This document shows, piece after piece, positions 53,009 through 63,285 of a stretch of DNA of 64,000 bases. Each line of letters opens with the position of its first letter. The stretch's first letter is position 1. This stretch comes from Candidatus Moanibacter sp. Lineage in GTDB: Bacteria; Verrucomicrobiota; Verrucomicrobiia; Opitutales; UBA2987. The position numbers and the translations under genes are program-made. Below the pieces are notes generated by a model, which ran no database searches, was not told the origin of the DNA, and saw only the letters and a list, made by a program, of their open reading frames with translations. The stretch is from assembly GCA_965215885.1 (NCBI GenBank), contig CBDCEW010000090.1, forward strand, positions 54,393 to 118,392, given 5' to 3'.

Positions 53009-53082
53009 GCGGGCGTAGTATAGGGGTAATACGTGAGCTTCCCAAGCTCGAATCACGGGTTCGATTCCCGTCGCCCGCACCA
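53009..53082 (+). tRNA. tRNA-Gly (CCC)
   Basis: GCGGGCG/CGCCCGC acceptor stem, TT-CCC-AA loop, GGTTCGATTCC, encoded CCA. Confidence 0.96.
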
Positions 53083-53116
53083 CTTCTGCAATTTTTTCTG
53101 ATCCTTTTGATTGCAA

Positions 53117-55010
53117 CACGGTATTTTGATTCTCGGAGCATTAGGTGATGATATTGATGGCCTTATGTAAGTTAAAGACGAAATCATCACAGAGTGCGGG
53201 AGTGGATTCAGCGCCCATGGAAGACTTGAGGCTGAGAACCAGTTGCCTGCATGCAGCAAGAATTCTGGCTGCGTTATGATTACGGATCATACATCGATCT
53301 TCATCGAAGAAGCGATCCCTGGGGTAATGATTTTTATTTTCGATCGACCAATGGTTGCGAATTTTCGAGAGGAACTGTTGAGGGCTCAAATCGGCGGGAT
53401 CGAGACTGCTTACGTAGTAAGAGCGTTCAGAGGAAGGTTCAGCTTTGTTTGGATAATGGAAGGTGCGTTGCACACAGGCGAACTGGCGGGCATGGGGCAG
53501 GCCGGCAGAGGGAGCGCTTAGAGAATGGGTTGCTATTTGACGTATTTCGAGTCGCCCATGGTCATTGTCCACGGTTTGGTGGAGAAAAAGGGGGTGGAGC
53601 TGAAGAGATTCTGAGCGTATTGATGCATGTTGGGCTGATTGTCTTTAATTTGAATAACATAGTCAGCACTGAGTTCTTCGACGACGATGTGGGCAGTTTC
53701 TTTTTGATTATGCATGGCGTCGAAGGTGAAGGTGGAGCCGTCCAAAATGGGCATCTTTCGCAAGAGAGTCTGGGCGGCGGTGATCTCGTTGGATTTATCG
53801 GCGGTAGCGACTTGGGCTAAGGTTTGAGCGCTTTGGTGATCGACTGCGGCCACCAGGTGCAGAGCCTTTGATTCTTCGGTGTTTGTGCCTTTGAGGGTCT
53901 TGCCGTCGACGGCAATATCGCGGGGCAAACAGCCGTCTTGTAAGCAGATGAATTCGGTGAGGGTTTTATCGAAGAGCTCGGCCTTTACGTTTTGCAAGAC
54001 CCGATAGAAGACATCATAGCAAGGGGCCTTATAGCGGCCTGTTTTGGGGTTTTTCCAGGAGCGTAAGGCGCGCAATTGGGCTTGATTGAGATGATGGGCC
54101 AGGCGCACGATGCCCTTGAGGGTCTGTTTGCCGCACATCGTGCCGAGCACAATCATGCTCAGGACCGTGGCGAGCCGATATCTAAGGCCCGCTTTACGAC
54201 GGAAGTCTTCTATCTGATTGAAGCGTTCCCACAGGCTGCTCATCTGTTCCACTTTGAGGCAGACCGCATGGGAGTTATCGGTTTCATTGAGCGCCTGGCT
54301 CTGTGCCGCGGGCAATGGCCCTGAAGCGCGCAAAAGCTCAAGGGCATTAGCCTTGAGGGGTTTGACCCAGATCTGCTTGGGACGCTCATGGCGTTGATAG
54401 AAATCTTCGCGTTGGCGGCCATATCCCGCGCTCAAGCCCAAGGGCGTCCACCCGCTCGCTTCGTAGCAAGTGCCCCGGTGAATCTGTGGGTCCACGAACG
54501 TTTCCGCTACTAAGGGACGATAGCCAAAAGCCTCCTGCCAGTGATCGGCTAAGACTCTCAGGCACATACCCAACGTCTTGGAGGCCAAATTTGCAAGATC
54601 CACCCCGGGCAAAATCAGAAAACGCCGGTTCTGTACTACCAGTTTCAATCGTGCATGCCGTTGCGCCCCGTCCCACCCGATCCATTCGTCTCGATCCTTC
54701 AGCCGGTAGGATGCGGCCCCCCACAAGAGCAGGCCCATCCATTGCCCGTCGATCTGCGCCACATAGCGCAGGGTCTCTCCTGCGCTGCCCGCACTGTGTA
54801 AATAATGATGTTGTTTCAATAGATCATTGAATCGCTCCTGCTCTTCGGGCAGGACCAGACGCAGAGTTAAACGATCTATCGAAGGATTCAGTTGGTAAGA
54901 TTTTTTGTCTTTCATCCCATCTTAACATGACTGATTCCCTCGGGTTTGTTTAGCTCTTTTTTTATCTTCTTGCTTATCAGCTAGTTGCTTCCTGGAATCC
55001 TTTTACCCTG
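53117..55010 (-). mobile_element. ISAs1-type element, copy 2 (complete)
   Basis: Imperfect TIRs CAGGGTAAAAGGATTCCAGG / CACGGTATTTTGATTCTCGG; no matching target duplication. Confidence 0.88.
53141..54915 (-). CDS. DUF4338/DruA-like domain fused to ISAs1 transposase, requiring a -1 shift at CCCCCTTTTT (ORFs 53533..54915 and 53141..53572)
   Basis: Same motifs as copy 1; second frame HGRLEIR...RNHWSIENKNHYPRD..FDED. Confidence 0.88.
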
Positions 55011-55046
55011 TACTGGTCACTGAATATTTTCTTCCCGTCTTGCTTT

Positions 55047-56072
55047 TCACAGGTTCTCCCGATACCAGTCTATGGCGGTTTCCAGTCCTTCACGAAGTGA
55101 ATGAGTGGGTTGGTAACCAAGTAGAGTTTTGCTTTTGCTGATGTCAGCCAGGGTGTGCATGACGTCGCCCTTGCGAAAATCCCTGTGTTTTGGTGAGGCA
55201 ACCTGTAACTCAGGATCGCGCTGCTGGAGCAGATCCCGGATCATAACAAAAAGATCATTGAGAGATGTGCGATCGCTTATGGCAACGTTGTAGACCTGAT
55301 TAATGGCTGGCTTTTCCGTGGTAAGGGCAGCGAGCAGATTCACTTGAACAACGTTTTCGATGTAGCAAAAGTCCCGTGACGTCTCGCCCGTCCCATTCAC
55401 ATACACCTGATCACGGCGAAGAATGTTGGAAACCCATTGTGGAATCACCGCCGCGTAGGCGCCGTTCGGGTCCTGCCGGGCGCCGAAGACATTGAAGTAG
55501 CGCAAGCCGATCGCTTCCAATCCGTAACACCTGGCAAAGACTTCGGCGTAGATTTCGTTGACGAGTTTGGTGGCAGCATAGGGTGAGAGGGCTTTCCCAA
55601 TGCGGTCTTCGACCTTGGGAAGCTCCGGGTCGTCTCCGTAGACCGAGCTGCTTGATGCGTAGACAAATCGGCGGACCTTCGCATCGCGCGACGCGACCAG
55701 CATATTGATCATCCCGATATCGTTGCTTCGGTGACTGGCAAGCGGATTTTCAATGGAACGGGGCACCGATCCTAAGGCGCCTTGATGAAGGACGTAATCG
55801 ATCCCTTGGCAAGCCTGCTCGCAGGTGTTCAGATCGGCAATATCACCTTCCACAAATTGAAAGGCGTTCCATTGCTCGGGAGTGGCCCCTCTTTTGACAT
55901 CTTCGAGGTTCTCTCGTTTACCGGTCGCGAAATTGTCCAGGCCGACAACGTTCTGGTTGAGTTTCAATAACGTCTCGACCAGATGAGAGCCGATAAATCC
56001 CGCCGCGCCTGTGACCAGCCATGTGTGGGATCCGGCCTTAAGAGCGGACATTAATTCTTGGTAACGATTCAT
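55047..56072 (-). CDS. UDP-GlcNAc 4-epimerase-like SDR (WbpP/TviC type)
   Basis: TGAAGFIGS, GALGSVPRS, YAATK, LRYFNVFG. Confidence 0.9.
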   Translation of the reverse strand: MNRYQELMSALKAGSHTWLVTGAAGFIGSHLVETLLKLNQNVVGLDNFATGKRENLEDVKRGATPEQWNAFQFVEGDIADLNTCEQACQGIDYVLHQGALGSVPRSIENPLASHRSNDIGMINMLVASRDAKVRRFVYASSSSVYGDDPELPKVEDRIGKALSPYAATKLVNEIYAEVFARCYGLEAIGLRYFNVFGARQDPNGAYAAVIPQWVSNILRRDQVYVNGTGETSRDFCYIENVVQVNLLAALTTEKPAINQVYNVAISDRTSLNDLFVMIRDLLQQRDPELQVASPKHRDFRKGDVMHTLADISKSKTLLGYQPTHSLREGLETAIDWYRENL

Positions 56073-56209
56073 GGGAATGAAATGACGGAGGCATGCCCCG
56101 GAAATCTTGTGAGATTTCCGGGTTAGCAACACAGTAGGTTATACAGTTCTTTCCCGTCAATCCACCACTTGACCTTTCCCGAGCGTTGTGCAATGCAGTA
56201 GCTTTCTCT

Positions 56210-56286
56210 GCGGGGGTAGCTCAGCTGGACAGAGCAACGGTCTTCTAAACCGTAGGTCGTGGGTTCGAATCCCACCCCCCGTGCCA
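56210..56286 (+). tRNA. tRNA-Arg (TCT)
   Basis: GCGGGGG/CCCCCGT stem, ACGGT-CTTCTAA-ACCGT, GGTTCGAATCC, CCA. Confidence 0.96.
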
Positions 56287-56347
56287 TTTTCTCTCCCAAT
56301 CCTCTCGCCTCCAAATAATCAGACAGGTTGTTTATTATAGAAAGTAT

Positions 56348-56376
56348 TTGACAGGATCAGCCAAGCGCACGATAGT
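56348..56376 (+). promoter_or_regulatory. Sigma70-like promoter, possibly giving a leaderless transcript
   Basis: TTGACA, 17-bp spacer, GATAGT; ATG at 56383. Confidence 0.55.
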
Positions 56377-56382
56377 GAACAT

Positions 56383-57110
56383 ATGGCTACTTCTCGGATA
56401 TTGGTGAAACATCAAACGGCGGTCTACCATTGTATTTCGCGTACGGTATTGGGAGAGAAAATCATTGATTCGAGGGGGAAGGAGGTATTGCGCAAGCAGA
56501 TGTATCGGTTTTTATGAAGGAACTCAAGCAGCGCTTCAGTATTTGGTTTAACCGCACCCACGAGAATCATGGGACTCTATGGTCGGAACGCTTTAAGAGT
56601 CTGTTGGTGGAGAATAATCCCGAAGCGCTCAAGGTGGTAGCGGCTTACATCGACCTAAATCCGGTACGGGCGGGCCTGTGCGGAGACCCGAAGAGCTATC
56701 GATGGAGTGGGTATGCGGAGGCTTTGAGCGGAGAAGAGCAGGCGCAGAGAGGCCTGGAGTGGATCATGGGAGTGGAGAATTGGGCGGAGGCGCTGCGCGG
56801 GTATCGGACAGTCGTCTTTGGGACCGGTTACCACGGCAAGGACCGAGAGGGAGCGAGGATTGATCCACAGAAAGTCAAAGAAGTACTGCAAAGCGGAGGC
56901 AAAGTGAGTATTCAGGAGCTGTTGCGCTGCCGGGTGAGGTATTTCACGGACGGAGCGATCCTGGGAACGAGAGAATACATCCAAAGCTGGTATGAAGAGA
57001 ATCGGGAGCGCCTGGGAAAGAGGAGAAAAGAAGGGCCGAGGCGGATGCGGGGAAGCGAATGGGGAGAGCTGGCAATCTTGCGCGATCTAAGAAGTGAGGT
57101 CTTCGAATAG
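56383..57110 (+). pseudogene. Y1 (HUH) RAYT-like transposase with an internal deletion removing the HUH motif
   Basis: N-terminus AVYHCISR...LRKQM joined out of frame to FMKELKQRF...GTLWSERFKS...YIDLNPVRAG...YRWS. Confidence 0.8.
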
Positions 57111-57506
57111 GGAAGACTCACACGGGAAACGAAACTCGCACATTTTAGGAATTTGCCCGGTACGATTTGTGTGAGAATTGTGGGGTAAGAAGATAGCTCC
57201 GCAACCTTAACAGAGCGAATGAGGTTCCACTATGTACGGCTGTTGAATCGTGCAAGAAAGTGGGGGCGACAGTCGAGCTTTGAAAGGGGAAGTGGACCAA
57301 ATTTGCTGAAACCGCTCCCCTACAAACGGAGGATATGAATCGCTGGTATGTTGGGAAAGAATAATTGATAAATAACCTGTCTATTTATCCCAAAATGTTA
57401 CGAAAATTAAGTCCATTTGGAACAAAGGCAGAGTTTCCTCGCTGGGGGTCGGCATAAGGAAAGGAGGAGAATAAATAACCTGTCTGATTATTTCAGGAAT
57501 GAGAAT

Positions 57507-58991
57507 CTATTGGTTAGGAGGTGGGTTTGGTTGGGGGAGGTGGTCGTTGAGGAGCTGTTCGAAGGAGGTGGATCCGAGTTGGGAGGCGGAAAAATTCTTG
57601 AAGCCGTTGCGGTAGTGTGTGATGAGGGGGTCGACATCGTGAATAAGCTCGGCGCCCTCGTTATTTCCATAGCACTCGAGAGCGGAACGGAAATCGGCGA
57701 GGGTAATATTGTGAAGGGGACGGGAGGGTTGGTAGCGCACGACGTTCTCACTATCGTTATGGAAAGTGGAAATGATGCTGACAAGGCCGAGGTCGGTGAG
57801 CTGGTTAAGACTCTCGTTGAGGATGTGCCCGGGAACGCGGATGCGATCAGTGAGTTCACCAGAGCTGTATGCTTCCCGGCAGTCCCGAAAACGCCGGCAG
57901 ATAAGGGTGAAGGCAGCAAGAGCAACCGTCTCTCGAGTGTGGACACTGATGTTGTTCCAGGCTGACTGATGAGTGAGTAAGTCGGCGTTTTGAATGGAGT
58001 AGGTAATCTGACCGCCGATAAGGACAAAGAACCAGAAAATGTAGAGCCCGATCATGAAAACGGGAACGATGCCGAGTGAACCGTAGAGGCTCTGCTGGGT
58101 AATTACCCGGTGGACGTAGAGAAAGGATAGATAGTTATTACAAATAAGGAGGAGAGTGACAAAAATAGCACCTGCCAAGGCAGGTTTCCATTTTACCCTT
58201 GTGTTAGGTATGAGGCGGTAGAAACCGTAGAGCAAAACCACGACGAGGAACGAGGAGAGGAAAGGACCAGCCAAAGCAAAGAGATGCGAGACATGCTCAC
58301 CGAATGGGAGGAGATCAAAAAAACGAACCAGCGTAGCGGCCGACAGGAGGGTGACTGAGGCGAACCCAAGGATAGCCCCGAGACTGATAAAGGTCCAATA
58401 GAATACGATCCGTTGAAACCAGGAGCGTCCTCTCCGCACACCCCAGATCTCATTGAAGGTGGTTTCAATGGAAGTGAGAAGCTGAATACCGATAAAAATG
58501 AGGAGCAAGGCGCCAACGATACCGACGGTCCCGGATCGGGTGCTCTCAATGACTTGATTAATAAGCGCGACGAGGTCCTGGTTCAACTCCGGCGTCAAAC
58601 GCTTCGGATGATCGGGATCTGATAAGTCGGTATGGGAGGCTGAGGTAGAGTCGTGGATGCCTTGTTGATCGAGTCGGGAAAATTCTGCGACGGGCGGCGC
58701 GATGAAGAGGAGAACACGATTCAGACTATAGGCGGCAAGGTTAGGTTCATTTCGCTGCAGAATGAATCCCGAAACCATAACAACGATGGCTAGAAGGGGA
58801 CCCAGGCCGATTAAAGAATAGTAACTGAGGGCGGCGGAGCGGCTCAGGAGTCGATTATTGGTGAGACCATCAAGGATGATGGAGAAGATTCTGAGAAAGG
58901 CGCAAAAACGTCCTTTCAGAGAGTTGTCGTGGAGGGCTGAACTCTGCCAGATCTCACGATGGAGATAATCCGACAATCTCCTTTTCAGCAA
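57507..58991 (-). CDS. YihY/BrkB family membrane protein with C-terminal wHTH (start uncertain)
   Basis: AALSYYSL, IETTFNEIW, LYGSLG..P. Confidence 0.88.
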   Translation of the reverse strand: MLKRRLSDYLHREIWQSSALHDNSLKGRFCAFLRIFSIILDGLTNNRLLSRSAALSYYSLIGLGPLLAIVVMVSGFILQRNEPNLAAYSLNRVLLFIAPPVAEFSRLDQQGIHDSTSASHTDLSDPDHPKRLTPELNQDLVALINQVIESTRSGTVGIVGALLLIFIGIQLLTSIETTFNEIWGVRRGRSWFQRIVFYWTFISLGAILGFASVTLLSAATLVRFFDLLPFGEHVSHLFALAGPFLSSFLVVVLLYGFYRLIPNTRVKWKPALAGAIFVTLLLICNNYLSFLYVHRVITQQSLYGSLGIVPVFMIGLYIFWFFVLIGGQITYSIQNADLLTHQSAWNNISVHTRETVALAAFTLICRRFRDCREAYSSGELTDRIRVPGHILNESLNQLTDLGLVSIISTFHNDSENVVRYQPSRPLHNITLADFRSALECYGNNEGAELIHDVDPLITHYRNGFKNFSASQLGSTSFEQLLNDHLPQPNPPPNQ

Positions 58992-59158
58992 AACAATCGA
59001 TTTCGTTGATCAAAAACCCTGGATTGCCACTCCCTCGCGGTGGGATCGCAATGACAAGCGAGCGGTTGAGCGAATGGACTCAATACGGCGCACCTTGCTC
59101 TACCCACCAATCCCGTTTCTACCGGGGCATACAACACCGTATTTACGAATTTTAGTAA

Positions 59159-59947
59159 TCAGGAGGCGAAAAACATGAAATAACCATATCCTCCCATACC
59201 AGCAAGACCGAGCAAGGAGAAGATGATCATGATGTAGAGGTTGAGGGTAAGGGTGCAGACGAAGATTCCAAAAGATCCGCCCACTGCCGTCGCCATGAGG
59301 AAGAGAGACGTTGGATCACCTGTAAAATATTGAGCCCAATGAAAAAATCCGAAATAGCCCATGCCGATGGCGGCTCGAAATCGCAACATTGGGAAAATCT
59401 CCGACACAGAAAGAAAGAGAAACCCGGCCAAAGCCAGATCGAATAGCCCCACGAGAAGCAGAGGATGCTGCAGTAGAGCGAGATAATCCTCATCTTCAAT
59501 GACTCTGGTGATGACTTCGAAATTAGGAAAAACATTGTTAAGAGCGCTAACCAACATAATGAGGCCGATAGCGGGAAGGGACATGGCGGCTGCTTTTTCC
59601 TGAAGGCGCACCTTATCCTTGACGTGTCTCGTTTCATCGGTGTCACCCTCCGCTGCCGCCAGCATCTCATCAACCGTGACTGCTGGAATTTCATCCTCCT
59701 CGGCGTTAAGGAGGTTCATATCTTCATCAGTCTTGGCCTTGAGGCCTAATTTCTTCTTTTCGGGGAATATCTGCCGCCTGAGTTCATCATTGGCACCGAT
59801 GGCTAACCATTCCTCGGTGTCTTCCCTGTAAAAGAGAGTCTCATTATCGACCTGATCTGCTTCAGCTAGCGACGCGAGTTTGTCGATCGAAAACGGACCC
59901 CGCGCTGTATCGGAATCGGCGGAACGTATGTAGTATTCTTCACCCAT
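59159..59947 (-). CDS. Hypothetical membrane protein with N-terminal GYF_2-like domain
   Basis: YYIR...RGPF...L.....TL.Y....EW; C-terminal TM helices. Confidence 0.7.
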   Translation of the reverse strand: MGEEYYIRSADSDTARGPFSIDKLASLAEADQVDNETLFYREDTEEWLAIGANDELRRQIFPEKKKLGLKAKTDEDMNLLNAEEDEIPAVTVDEMLAAAEGDTDETRHVKDKVRLQEKAAAMSLPAIGLIMLVSALNNVFPNFEVITRVIEDEDYLALLQHPLLLVGLFDLALAGFLFLSVSEIFPMLRFRAAIGMGYFGFFHWAQYFTGDPTSLFLMATAVGGSFGIFVCTLTLNLYIMIIFSLLGLAGMGGYGYFMFFAS

Positions 59948-60004
59948 CAGGCGGGACGATAATCAGCAATTGAATTCCATTCAGCAAGTAAAAACTGGGA
60001 GAAA

Positions 60005-60835
60005 TTAAATCGTATTACCATCACCCCATCGCAGTTTGCTACGGACGAGCTGAAAATGACTATGTTTCCGGTGTTGAATGAGCTTGAACGTCTGGGTTGC
60101 GATGGATATCCGAAGGGGAAAGTCCTCTGGTCGATGGCAACTTACGACACCGTCGATACTTACTTGAATGCCATCCTGACGATTGCGCAGAAGCACTTCC
60201 AGGATCGTCTGGTGATCGAATATCACACTGCGGTTGCTCAGAGTGTGGGGACAGATAGGGGTGACCGCGATAACTTCGGCATTGGGGTGGATTAGCGGGC
60301 CCCCGGCGGAGAGATTGTAGGCCGTGGAACCCGTAGGAGTGGAGAACACGAGGCCGTCGCAGTTGTATTCATTTACATGCTGTTTGTCGGAGAAGACGTC
60401 CAGGGAAACGAGTCCGGCGGCCTGATTCTTGATTACGACGTCATTTAAAGCGAGCGCGTTTATCTCGGATGCGGCGTGGCATTGGAGTAGGGAACGCGTA
60501 GCGACCTGAATATCCCCGCTGAGCAAAGACTCGAATTCGGCCAGAACTTCATCTGCGGCGAAGGTGGCAAGGAAGCCGAGTTTACCGAGATTGACGCCCA
60601 AAACAGGCACCTGATTCCTGACAGCCTCCGAGACAACTCCGAGGAGGGTGCCGTCACCTCCGATGACGCAACAGGCATCGATGCCGGTGAGAAACTCCTC
60701 GCTAAGGGGGTAAGCGGTGGTAGAGCGCGTTTGGACACCTAGACTTTCGGCGGCGCCTTCAAGGGAAGTGGCGAGAGAATCGGCCCCCGTTTTCTTCAAA
60801 TTGACGACAAAGGCGATAGTTTGGATCGAATTCAC
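60005..60835 (-). CDS. nadK: NAD kinase
   Basis: GGDGT, GKLGFL, ALND, STPTGSTAYNLSAGGP. Confidence 0.96.
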   Translation of the reverse strand: MNSIQTIAFVVNLKKTGADSLATSLEGAAESLGVQTRSTTAYPLSEEFLTGIDACCVIGGDGTLLGVVSEAVRNQVPVLGVNLGKLGFLATFAADEVLAEFESLLSGDIQVATRSLLQCHAASEINALALNDVVIKNQAAGLVSLDVFSDKQHVNEYNCDGLVFSTPTGSTAYNLSAGGPLIHPNAEVIAVTPICPHTLSNRSVIFDHQTILEVLLRNRQDGIQVSIDGVVSCHRPEDFPLRISIATQTFKLIQHRKHSHFQLVRSKLRWGDGNTI

Positions 60836-61488
60836 AGTTCGTCTGTTGGAGAGATTTTAAACTATTGTCGAAAACCTGATCAGTTTGCCAAGAATATCCT
60901 ACCTCATGCGGAAACGCGCCCTTAGAGTATCGGCCTACACTTGCAAGCCAAAGGTACTCCAATCATCCTCTACCAATGTGGGAATTGCTCTACTCCATCC
61001 CGAGCTTTCATGCAACAGGATTCGCAGATTTGCAGAATTGATCGCAATACTCCGCCACCTTGAACCCGCCCAGCGGGACGAGAACAACGCAGCTGGGCGT
61101 GGCAATCCAGAGAAAGGCAGGAGGGGCATTCACTATTCCTGGATCGCCGCGCCTCCCTTCGGTCGGCTCGCGATGACAGTGTGCTACTATTCAATTGCTG
61201 GAGTAATAATCTACAGAACGCTATTAATAATTAATTGGTGAACTGTTGAATCTGTGAATTGTTAATGATCGATAGGATGGTCGACTACAGATCACGATTG
61301 AGAGTCACGATGGAAGAGAGGGAATAAATTCGATCTTCCTTCCTAGACCTTATCCGAAAAGCTACTGATTGGCCGCAAAGAGGCGCAAAAGGCGCAAGAA
61401 AAACTTGAGAAAAATCATTTTTTGGCTTGATAAAAAGTGTCGCAACATGCTAGTGTTTAACAACCTAAGATTAAGAAAAGAGTTAAAC

Positions 61489-63039
61489 ATGCCAACATGT
61501 GCGACAGAGGAGAACAAAAGCGATAAGACGCCCCTTAGCAACCTCATTCTGCCGGTTCCAGACACGGATTTCCGTGATTTTCTGGATGAAGTTGAAGAAT
61601 TGGCCGGGTTCGCGGCGCAAATCATCGAGGCGATCGAGAAGGATCTGGACGCCCATGCGCGTGAGAAGAAGAAACTTCGATTGGAAGATCGCAGGTTCTT
61701 TGAAGGGCGCACAGCGGAGCTGCCGGAGCTGGACATCGAGGAGGAGAATATTCTGGCTGCTGAATTGAATCTTGGGGTAGGCCGGCCGCGGATGCCGGCT
61801 TATGCGGTATACGTGTTCGTGATGATTCGAGGGTTTCTGGGTTCGTTGACCACGAAACCGGCACGGCGGTTTGTGCGCGAGTCGATGAGCTTGTACGGAT
61901 TTTTGCAGAGCGGGGGACTGAGAATGCCGGCGGTGACGACGATTCTGGAGAACGTGAACCTGGTCAGCCATACGACCCGCGAGTTGATCTTTGATAAACA
62001 GATTGGGTTTATCCTCCAGGAGCAATGGGACGATTTCGGGAAGCTGACGATCGACAGCACCTCGGTGAAAGCAAACAGCTGCTGGCCCACCGATGGGAAG
62101 ATTCTGAGCGGTCTTTTGATGCGGGCCAATCGTTTGGGTCAGAAGTTGCATGTCTTCGGGCTGGAGGATTTTCGCAAGGGATGGGTTGGGCGTTGGCTGG
62201 AGGAAATGGACAAGCTGGAGTTTCAGATTTGTCTGGCCGCGGGCAAACCGAAGTCGAAGGGCAAGCTGAAGAAACACTACCGGCGGTTGCTCAAGCGGGG
62301 CCGCAAGGCGGCCGACTCACTAACGGGGGAACTGAGCCATCTTGAAGAGGGCCTGTCGATGGATTCACTGCCTCCCACTCGCCGGGAGCTTCTGGAGCGG
62401 GCATTGAGCCAGATCAGGGGCGATATTGCCGACGCCAAGCGGGTTGTTGAGTATGCTCATGATCGGGTGTTTCACGAAAAGAAGCTACCGTCCACACAGA
62501 AGGTCCTGAGCCTCTCGGACGGATCGGCGGCCTACATCAAGAAGGGCAGCCGCAATCCAGTGATCGGGTACAAGCCACAACTGGTTCGCAGCGAAAACGG
62601 TTTTGTCACCAGCCTGATCGTACCGCAAGGCAACGCGGCAGACTCCATTGAGCTGGCGCCGGCCATCGGCGATTCGATCAAGCGCACCGGTGTCATTGCT
62701 GAACTGGTCAGCACCGATGACGGATATGCTTCGGCGAAGGGACGCAAGGAGGTGCTGAGCATGGGGGTAAAGCAGATCAGTATCAGTGGGGCGAAGGGCA
62801 AGAAGTTGACCACCCCCGAGGACTGGGAGAGCGAGGCGTATCGCGAGGCACGCCGCGATCGCTCCGCAGTGGAGTCGCTGATGTTCACGATTAAAGATGG
62901 ATTTGCCTTTGGCGAACTCGGCCGCCGCGGCATCGATGCGGTAGGCGATGAACTGCTCGAGAAGGTTCTGGCCTACAACTTCTGCCGCATCATACTGATG
63001 AAGAAACGCCGAGGGGAGGAACTGGAACAGGCAGCCTGA
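61489..63039 (+). CDS. IS5/ISNCY-like DDE transposase
   Basis: GRP, TIDSTSVKAN..WPTD, STDDGY, RSAVES; start probably M61489 rather than 61369. Confidence 0.85.
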   Translation: MPTCATEENKSDKTPLSNLILPVPDTDFRDFLDEVEELAGFAAQIIEAIEKDLDAHAREKKKLRLEDRRFFEGRTAELPELDIEEENILAAELNLGVGRPRMPAYAVYVFVMIRGFLGSLTTKPARRFVRESMSLYGFLQSGGLRMPAVTTILENVNLVSHTTRELIFDKQIGFILQEQWDDFGKLTIDSTSVKANSCWPTDGKILSGLLMRANRLGQKLHVFGLEDFRKGWVGRWLEEMDKLEFQICLAAGKPKSKGKLKKHYRRLLKRGRKAADSLTGELSHLEEGLSMDSLPPTRRELLERALSQIRGDIADAKRVVEYAHDRVFHEKKLPSTQKVLSLSDGSAAYIKKGSRNPVIGYKPQLVRSENGFVTSLIVPQGNAADSIELAPAIGDSIKRTGVIAELVSTDDGYASAKGRKEVLSMGVKQISISGAKGKKLTTPEDWESEAYREARRDRSAVESLMFTIKDGFAFGELGRRGIDAVGDELLEKVLAYNFCRIILMKKRRGEELEQAA

Positions 63040-63285
63040 ATCTGACCGCTTTGAAGCTCAGAGAAAAAAGCACGACGGGATGAGTATGCCTCCAGACAGC
63101 GGCAAATATACGTATTGTGCAGCAAGCCACGCCGATGGCCGCTCAATACCTGCTCATCGGCAGCGCCGGCAGCCTAAAACCCGAAACCTGCCAGCCATAG
63201 GCTGGTCCGCCCGTGGCGGAGAACCTTAAACCGCCCGATCGAAAGGAATAAATTCGAATCTTCTTCCTATGGTCCCAAAGGCCTA

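Larger units (their letters stand above)
56313..57493. mobile_element. Y1/RAYT-type element bounded by 24-bp inverted repeats
   Basis: AAATAATCAGACAGGTTGTTTATT (56313-36) vs AATAAATAACCTGTCTGATTATTT (57470-93), 23/24 match; extra copy 57368-88. Confidence 0.7.

Noticed and set aside
53009..56286. Integrative island between tRNA-Gly and tRNA-Arg
   Set aside because: No integrase and no duplicated tRNA 3' end.
60885..61241. ORFs upstream of nadK
   Set aside because: They overlap a family-D palindrome and have no recognisable protein motif.
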